Of a stretch of DNA of 64,000 nucleotides, positions 56,306 through 64,000 are shown in pieces (position 1 is the stretch's first letter; every line of letters starts with the position of its first letter). The notes below the pieces were generated by a model that worked only from the letters and a program-made list of their open reading frames with translations, searched no databases and was not told the DNA's origin. The stretch is from Scyliorhinus canicula (taxonomy: Eukaryota). The position numbers were made by a program, and so were the translations under genes. The stretch lies in the NCBI RefSeq assembly GCF_902713615.1, contig NW_024055458.1, forward strand, positions 124,001-188,000, written 5' to 3'.

Positions 56306-57877
56306 GTCTTACAACACCAGGTTAAAGTCCAACAGATTTTTTTTCAAACCCTAGCTTTCGGAGCACTGCTCCTTCCTCAGGTGAATGAAGAGGTATGTTC
56401 CAGAAACATATATGTAGACAATTCAAAGATGCAAGACAATGCTTAGAATGCGAGCATTTGCAGGTAATTAAATTTTTACAGATCTAGAGATAGGGGTAAC
56501 CCCAGGTTAAAGAGGTGTGAATTGTCTCAAGCCAGGACAGTTGGTAGGATTTTGCAAGCCCAGCCAGATGGTGGGGGGATGAATGTAATGCAACATGAAT
56601 CCCAGGTCCCGATTGAGGCCACACTCATGTGTGCGGAACTTGGCTATAAATTTCTGCTCGGCAATTCTGCAGTATCGCGTGTCCTGTAGGCCACCTTGGA
56701 GAACACTTACCCGGAGATCAGAGGCTGAATGCCCTCGACTGCTGAAGTGTTCCCCGACTGGAAGGGACTATTCCTGCCTGGTGATTGTCGCGCGATGTCC
56801 GTTCATTCATTGTTGCAGCGTCTGCATGGCCTCGCCAATGTACCACGCTTCGGGACATCCTTTCCTGCAGCGTATGAGGTAGACAACATTGGCCGAGCTG
56901 CACTAGTATGTACCTAGTGGGTGGTGTTCTCATGTGTAATGGTGGTATCCATGTCGATGATCTGGCACGTCTTGCAGCGATTGCCATGGCAAAGTTGTGT
57001 GGTGTCGTGGTCGCTGTTCTGAAGGTTGGGTAGTTTGCTGCCAACAATGGTTTGTTTGAGGTTGCGTGGTTGTTTGAAGGCAAGTAGTGGGTGTTTGGGG
57101 ATGACCTTGGCAATATGTTCATCTTCATCGATGATGTGTTGAATGCTGCAAAGAAGATGTCGTAGTTTCCCCGCTCCGGGAAAGTACTGGACGATGAAGG
57201 GTACTCTGTCGGTTGTGTCCCGTGTTTGTCTTCTGAGGAGGTTGGTGCGTTTTCTTGCTGTGGCGTGTTGGAACTGTCGATCGATGAGTCAAGCACCATA
57301 TCTCGTTTGTGCAAGGTCATCACTCAGCATCTGTAGATGTCTGTTACGCTCCTCCTCGTCTGCGCAGATCCTGTGTATACGGAGGGTTTGTCCATAGGGG
57401 ATGGATTCTTTAGTATGTTTAGGGTGGAAGTGGAGAAGTGGAACATTGTGAGGTGTCCCGCAACAACGCAGAATCGCTGAGCAGAAACTTATAGCCAAGT
57501 TCCGCCTACATGAATGCGGCCTCAACCAGGGCCTGGGATTCATGTCACATTACATTCACCCCCCACCATCTGGCTTGGGCTTGCAAAATCCTACCACCTG
57601 TGCTGGCTTGGGACAATTCACACCTCTTTAACCTCGGGTTACCCCTATCTCTGGATCTGTAAAGACTTAATTACCTGCAAATGCTCGCATTCGAAGCATT
57701 GTCTGGCATCTTTGACTTTGTCGATAAATATGTTTCTGGAACATACCTTTTCATTCACCTGAGGAGGGAACAGTGCTCCGAAAGCTAGTGTTTGAAGTAA
57801 ACCTGTTGGACTTCAACCTTGTGTTGTAAGACTTCTTCCTGAGCTCACCCCAGTCCAACGCCGGCATCTCCACATCA
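56306..57877 (-). mobile_element. Penelope-like element fragment with ~370-bp inverted terminal arms
   Basis: Minus-strand NVVYLIRCRKGCPEAWYIGE (GIY-YIG) and upstream RT-tail sequence; inversion point ~57455; hammerhead motifs at 56349-56383 (-) and 57756-57790 (+). Confidence 0.88.
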
Positions 57878-58080
57878 CCATCAATATTGGTATTGTCTTG
57901 CACAGTAATGACTAAAATAGAGAGAAGCGCATCATTTACAGGTACAGAAACTGGCATTAAATAAACAGAGCCGGCGGTTTACCGGAATTACTAAAACAGG
58001 GCCTTAATTAATACAAGTGGAGACAGTGCAGTGCAGTGGAAACCGAGAATTTCCTCCCACAGTCCAAAGATGCGCAGGTT

Positions 58081-58848
58081 ACATAGAACATGGAACATTA
58101 CAGTGAAGTACAGGCCCTTCAGCCCTCGATGTTGCGCCGACCTGTAAAACCACTCTAAAGCCCATCTACACTATTCCCTGATCGTTCATCTGCCTATCCA
58201 ATGATCATTTGAATGCGTTTAGAATTGGCGAGTCCACTACTGTTGCAGGCAGGGCATTCCACGCCCTTACTACTCTCTGAGTAAAGAATCTACCTCTGAC
58301 ATCTATCCTATATCTATCTTCCCTCAATTTAAAGCTATGTTCCCTCGTGCTGGACGTCACCATCCGAGGAAAAAGGCTCTCAATGTCCAACCTATCTAAT
58401 CCTCTGATCATCTTGTATGTCTCAATTTAGTCACCTCTTAACCTTGTTCTTTCTCTAACGAAAACAGCCTCAAGTCCTTCAGCCTTTCCTCGTAAGATCT
58501 TCCCTCCATACCAGGAAACATCCTTGCAAATCTCCTCTGTACCATTTCCAATGCTTCCACATCCTTCTTATAATGCGGCGGACAGAACTGCACGCAATAC
58601 TCCAAAGGCGGCCGCACCAGAGTTTTGTTCAACTGCAACATGACCACATGGCTCCGAAACTCAATTCCTCTCCCAATAAAAGCTAACACACCGTATGCCT
58701 TCTTAACAACCCTCTCAACCTGGGTGGCAACTTTCAGGGATCTATGGACATGGACACCAAGATCTCTCTGCTCGTTCACACTCCCAAGAATCTTACCATT
58801 CTCCCAGTACTCTGTCTTCCTGTTATTCCTTCCAAAATGAATCAAATC
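58081..58848 (-). mobile_element. CR1/HER1-like LINE 3' end inserted into an HE1 SINE (58045-58080 and 58849-59020)
   Basis: SINE resumes after a duplicated AGGTT; ORF2 C-terminal motifs present. Confidence 0.88.
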
Positions 58849-59464
58849 AAGGTTAGGTGGATTGGCGACTCTAAAAGATTTCCCCTGAGTGTGCAAAGGT
58901 TAGGTGGGGTTATGGGGATAGGATGGAGGAGTGGTCCTCAGTGGGGTGGCGTTTTGGAGGGCGGGTGCAGAGTCGATGGGCCGATTGGCTTCCTTGTGCA
59001 CTGCGGGATTCTATGATTCTTTGAAAAGGCCGGGATTCACAATAGCTGGGGCAGGGTTCTAATGCAGTGGTTACTGTTATAGGGTAAATATTCATAATAA
59101 CGGAGACAGGGTGTGCAGCAAAGATTCATGGAGGGGAGTCCAGAATCAGGGAAACAGTCTAAGGATAAAGATGAGAAGAAATTTATTGACCTAGACTGGT
59201 GAGCCTGTGGAATTCTCTACCACACAACACAGTTGGGGCCAAAGCATTGTATGTTTACTGGAAGGAATTATATATAGCTTTTGTGGCTTTAGGGATCATA
59301 GGATATGGAGGGAAAGCGAGAACAGTTTACTGAGTTGGATGATCAGCAACGATCAGAATGAATGGAAGAGCAAGTTCAAGGGGCCGAACGGCCTATTCCT
59401 CCACCTATTGTCTGTGCTTCTATAATTCTATTGTTCTATGTAATGCAAAGAAGCCTAAATTAAA

Positions 59465-59770
59465 TATAATCTGAAACAGGGTCTAGTACAGTAATTTCTG
59501 ATACAGGGTCTAGATTAATATAAACTGAGACAAGGCCGAGTGCAGTGATTTCTGATGGGGGGGGTCTTCAGTAATGTGAATTTTGACAGGGTTCTAGAGC
59601 ACTAATTGCTGTTAGAGCGTCGGGATTAATATAAAGTGAGACAGATTCTAGTGCCGTAATTATTGATGCAGGGTCTAGATTAACGAAAACTGAGATAAGG
59701 TCTAATGCAGTGATTACTGATTCAGGGTATACATTCGTACAAAGCGAGACAGGGTCGATTGCAGGGACAG
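59465..59770. repeat. Degenerate minisatellite (ACAGGGTCTAG..TAATATAAACTGAGA-like units)
   Basis: Recurring CAGGGTCTAG and GATTAATATAAA words. Confidence 0.55.
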
Positions 59771-59954
59771 CCCAAGATTAATGTTTATCAATGTCGGGCC
59801 GAGTGTGATGTTCGCCGTTACACGTTCGAGATTATATACATTAAGACATATGTGCATTTTTTTCTGAGTGTTAGTGTATGTGGACATTTTCACACCAAAC
59901 TCCTGCACAAATAATTCCTTTGTTTTATACACCAATTAATGGGACGGAGTATGG

Positions 59955-60400
59955 GGAACTTTACTCTCCACATACCCTGCGTTTTTCCTGCTCTGCAAGT
60001 ATCTGATGGTCCGCCAAAATGGAAGCTTTACTCTGTTCCTCACATGCGCTTTACCTGTCCTTCACATGTTAGATGGCGGATGTTGTGGAGGGGGCTTTGA
60101 TCTGTACTGTACCTGTCCTTCGAGTATTTGAGGGGAGATTGTAAAGCGAAGTTTATTCAGTAACTAAATGTTTACTGTTGGGGCCCTGGGAGTATATAAT
60201 GGGACAGGTTTTCGGAAATTTTATTCATTATCGAAACGTGTGATGCATTTGGCCTGAGAGTGTTTGGTGGATCAGTTTGCAGGAAGCTTTGCTCTGTATA
60301 TAACCCCGTTCTGTACCTGGCCTGCGAGAATTTGACGGAATAGTTTAGACAAGCAGAGCGTTACTAAAGCTGTCCTTGGAATTCTGATGGGACTCGAGGA
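59955..60400. repeat. Degenerate minisatellite (GCTTTACTCTG..CTGTACCTG..GAGTGTTTG units)
   Basis: Recurring words at ~60-70 bp spacing. Confidence 0.5.
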
Positions 60401-60724
60401 ATGGAAAGGTCTGGGACAACTATCTTAATGTCTGTGTCATATTTGAAAAATGGGGAAAATTGATGCTCAGGTGATTAAAGGGGCAGCAGCAGAATGTGTA
60501 CAACAGTGACTAAAGGACAGAATACAGTGTAGCTGGTAACAATTGTTTCACATTGGGTGGGGTACAGAGTGTTATTCTCCAGTGAGTAATATTATCAGCA
60601 CTGCTTTTTCTGTTATATATTAATACACAGGATTCGGGACTCGGGTTCACAGGATATGAATTGAAAAGTTGCATTTGTCTCCCAAATTGACAATGTAGTA
60701 AACAGGGAAGAGGATTACATACAT

Positions 60725-61170
60725 AGATACATAGAAGTTAGGAGCAGGAGGAGGCCTTTTGGCCCTTCGAGCCTGCTCCGTCATTTATCACGATCAGGGC
60801 TGATCATCCAATTCAATAGCCTAATCCTGCTTTCTCCCCACAGCATTTGATCCCATTCTCCCCAATTGCTATATCTAGCCGCCTCTAGAACATATTCAAT
60901 GTTTTAGGATCAACTATTTCCTGTGGTAATGAATTCCACAGGCTCACCACTCTTTGGGTGAAGAAATGTCTCCTCATCTCTGTCCGAAATGAATCCTGAA
61001 TCCTCAGACTATGGCCCCTGGTTCTGGACAAACCCATCATTGGGAACGTCTTCCCTGCATCTGCACTGTCGATCCTGTTAGAATTTTATAAGTCTCTATG
61101 AGATCCCCACTCATTCTTCTGAACTCCAGCGAAAACAATCCTTATGTAGTAATTCTCTCCTCGTATGACA
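60725..61170 (-). mobile_element. CR1-like LINE 3' end
   Basis: CATAGAAGTTAGGAGCAGGAGGAGGCC terminus. Confidence 0.8.
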
Positions 61171-61499
61171 GTCCTGCCACCTCTGGTGTTGTAACAAGGG
61201 TGTGTCCAGCCTGGCTCCAACAGGTCGCTGACTTCTTCATGTACACAGGCAGATAGATGGCAGATAAAATTCAATGCTGAGAAGAGATGCTTTAAAACAA
61301 TTTTTTTTGGGGGGGAGGGGTCGTTTGTATGAAAAATTAGAAAACCAAAGTTAAAGAGAAGGTGAGAGTGCAGGTTAATGATCAGGACATTAACCGAATA
61401 AAACGGGCCAAGGGCTGGGGGGGGGGGGGTTAGTAAAGTTTCCAGAACACGTACTAGAGTAGGGAGTGTGGAAAGTGGCAGGTATGCAACTTCAGGCAC

Positions 61500-63460
61500 A
61501 GCAGAAAACTGGAGAACGATGAGAAGGGGTGGTCAACGCAGAGCTGCGGGTGTTGTACCTGAATGTGCGCAGTATACGGAACAAGGTAAATGAACTCATT
61601 GTGCACATTGTAATTGGCCGGTACGATGTTGTGGACATCACAGAGACGTGGCTGCGAGGGGATCAGTGCTGGAATCTAAATATCCAAGGATATCTGTCCT
61701 ATCGAAAGGACAGGCAGATGGGAAAAGGGGGCGGGGTTGCATTGTGAGTAAGGAATGAAATTAACTCAATAGCAAGAAGCAATGTAAGGTAAGAAGGCGT
61801 AGAATCCCTGTGGGCAGAGTTGGCGAATCGCAAAGGAAAAAATACGCTGATGAGAGTTAAGTACAGCCCCCTAGCCATAGTCAGAATGTGGGGCACAAAA
61901 TAAATCAGGAGATGTAAAAACGCATATACGGGAGGCAATATTACAATAATCATGGAGGACTTCAATATGCAGGAGAATAGGGAAAGGCAGGTTGGTAGCA
62001 GATCCCAAGAAATGGAATTTGTGGAATATCGATGAAAAGTTTTTTTGGAGCAGCTTGTGATAGAGGTCAGTCGAGAACAGGCAATTCTACATTTGCTGAT
62101 GTGTAATAAGAACATAAGAACATAAGAACTAGGAGCAGGAGTAGGCCATCTAGCCCCTCGAGCCTGCTCCGCCATTCAATTAGATCATGGCTGATCTTTT
62201 GTGGACTCAGCTCCACTTTCCGGCCCGAACACCATAACCCTTAATCCCTTTATTCTTCAAAAAACTATCTATCTTTACCTTAAAAACATGTAATGAAGGA
62301 GCCTCAACTACTTCACTGGGCAAGGAATTCCATAGATTCACAACCCTTTGGGTGAAGAAGTTCCTCCTAAACTCAGTCCTAAATCTACTTCCCCTTATTT
62401 TGAGGCTATGCCCCCTAGTTCTGCTGTCACCCGCCAGTGGAAACAACCTGCCCGCATCTATCCTATCTATTCCCTTCATAATTTTAAATGTTTCTATAAG
62501 ATCCCCCCTCATCCTTCTAAATTCCAACGAGTACAGTCCCAGTCTACTCAACCTCTCCTCATAATCCAACCCCTTCAGCTCTGGGATTAACCTAGTGAAT
62601 CTCCTCTGCACACCCTCCAGTGCCAGTACGTCCTTTCTCAAGTAAGGAGACCAAAACTGAACACAATACTCCAGGTGTGGCCGCACTAACACCTTATACA
62701 ATTGCAACATAACCTCCCTAGTCTTAAACTCCATCCCTCTAGCAATGAAGGACAAAATTCAATTTGCCTTCTTAATCACCTGTTGCACTTGTAAACCAAC
62801 CTTCTGTGACTCATGCACTAGCACACCCAAGTCTCTCTGAACAGCGGCATGCTTTAATATTTTATCGTTTAAATAATAATCCCGTTTGCTGTTATTCCTA
62901 CCAAAATGGATAACCTCACATTTGTCAACATTGTATTCCATCTGCCAGACCCGAGCCCATTCACTTAACCTATCCAAATCCCTCTGCAGACTTCCAGTAT
63001 CCTCTGCACTTTTCGCTTTACCACTCATCTTAGTGTCTTACCACTCATCTTAGTGTCATGAGGTCGACTTGACTAGGGAACTGAAGGAGAAGGAACCCTC
63101 ACGGGGCAGTGACCACAATATGATAGAATTCATCCTGCAGTTTGGAGGTCGAACCTGGAGTCAAATGTAACGGTATTACAATTGAATAAAGTTAACTACA
63201 AAGATAAAGGGAGGAGCTGGCCAGAGTTGATTAAAAGGGATATGAGCAGGGAAGACAGTGGAACAACAGTGGCAGGACGTTTTGGGGACTATTCGCGAGG
63301 CACTGCATAAATTAATCCCAATGAGGAGGAAACATGAGGACAGAGCATCCACGGTTGACAAGGGAAGTCAAGGACAGCATAAAAGCAAAGGAATAAACAG
63401 ACAATGTGGCAAAGATTAATGGGATGCCAGAGGATACGAAAGTCTTTAAAAGCTGATGTA
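61500..63460 (+). mobile_element. Older CR1 ORF2 5' region (APE endonuclease) split by a nested young CR1
   Basis: LRVLYLNVRSIRNK..ITETWL..RKDRQMGKGGGVAL; continues after 63058 with GSDHNMIEF. Confidence 0.82.
62109..63058 (-). mobile_element. Young CR1-like LINE, 3' ~950 bp
   Basis: Open 182-aa and 89-aa ORF2 segments; (AAGAACAT)n tail; 20-bp duplication at the 5' junction. Confidence 0.93.
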
Positions 63461-63499
63461 ATGTAAAAGCTAATAAAGATTTTTATTATTACTTTTGAA

Positions 63500-64000
63500 C
63501 TGGGGGCACTGATGCTACGTTTTCAGACGATGCAAAGATACGTAGAGGAATAGGTTGTGCTGAGGAAGCAGAGAGGCTGCAGAAAGACCTGGTCAGGCTA
63601 AGAGAGTGGGCAAAGAAGTAGCAGATAGAATGCAATGTAGAAATGTTTGAGGTTCCGCACTTTGGAGGAAACATAGAGTATTTTCTAATTGGGGTAGGGC
63701 TTAGGAAATCAGAAGCTCAAATGGACTTCCGAATTCTAGTTGAGGATTCTCTTAAGGTTAACTTGAAGGATCAGTTCGCAGCAAGGAAGGCAAATGCAAT
63801 TTTAGCATTCATGTTGCGAGGGCTAGATTACAGTAACAGGGATGTAACTGTTGAGGCTCTATAAGGTCAGACTCCCATCTGGAATATCGTGAGCAGTTTT
63901 GGTCCCCTTTTCTAAGGAAGGATGTGCTGGCCTTGGAGAAGCTCCAGAGAAGATTCACAAGTCTGATCCTCGGAATGACGGACTTTTCATAAAAAGAGCA
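63500..64000 (+). mobile_element. Decayed CR1 RT C-terminal fragment
   Basis: FSDDAKI..LQKDLVRL.EWA..ANAILAFM. Confidence 0.75.

Overview
Vertebrate genomic DNA, most likely an elasmobranch (shark) given the HE1-type V-SINEs, CR1/HER1-like LINEs and Penelope-like repeats; the taxon is inferred, not searched. Three zones. (1) 1-14.1 kb: a tandem array with a ~2.44-kb unit. Each unit carries a tRNA-Pro with an 18-nt insert at the canonical intron site (37/38), a tRNA-Val(CAC) on the minus strand, and a decayed Pro-like relic that also has an 18-nt insert. One interrupted unit adds a Val(TAC)-Arg(ACG) pair. (2) 14.3-19.3 kb: a minus-strand class I (gamma/epsilon-like) endogenous retrovirus with 5' LTR, tRNA-Ser-like PBS, gag, and an amber-readthrough pol truncated in RT. 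A putative 2H phosphoesterase (two HxT motifs) lies between protease and RT. Two minimal hammerhead ribozyme motifs from Penelope-like repeats follow in the same sense. (3) 19.4-39.1 kb: a T-cell receptor alpha/delta-type V cluster in both orientations, with four apparently intact V genes with 23-class RSS and many pseudogenes. The rest (39-64 kb) is mostly SINE, CR1, L2 and Penelope sequence with a 518-N gap. Best leads: the intron-containing tRNA-Pro family, the 2H domain in the ERV pol, and the hammerhead variants, including a U3:A8 covariant core and a 99-bp mini-element with a TSD.
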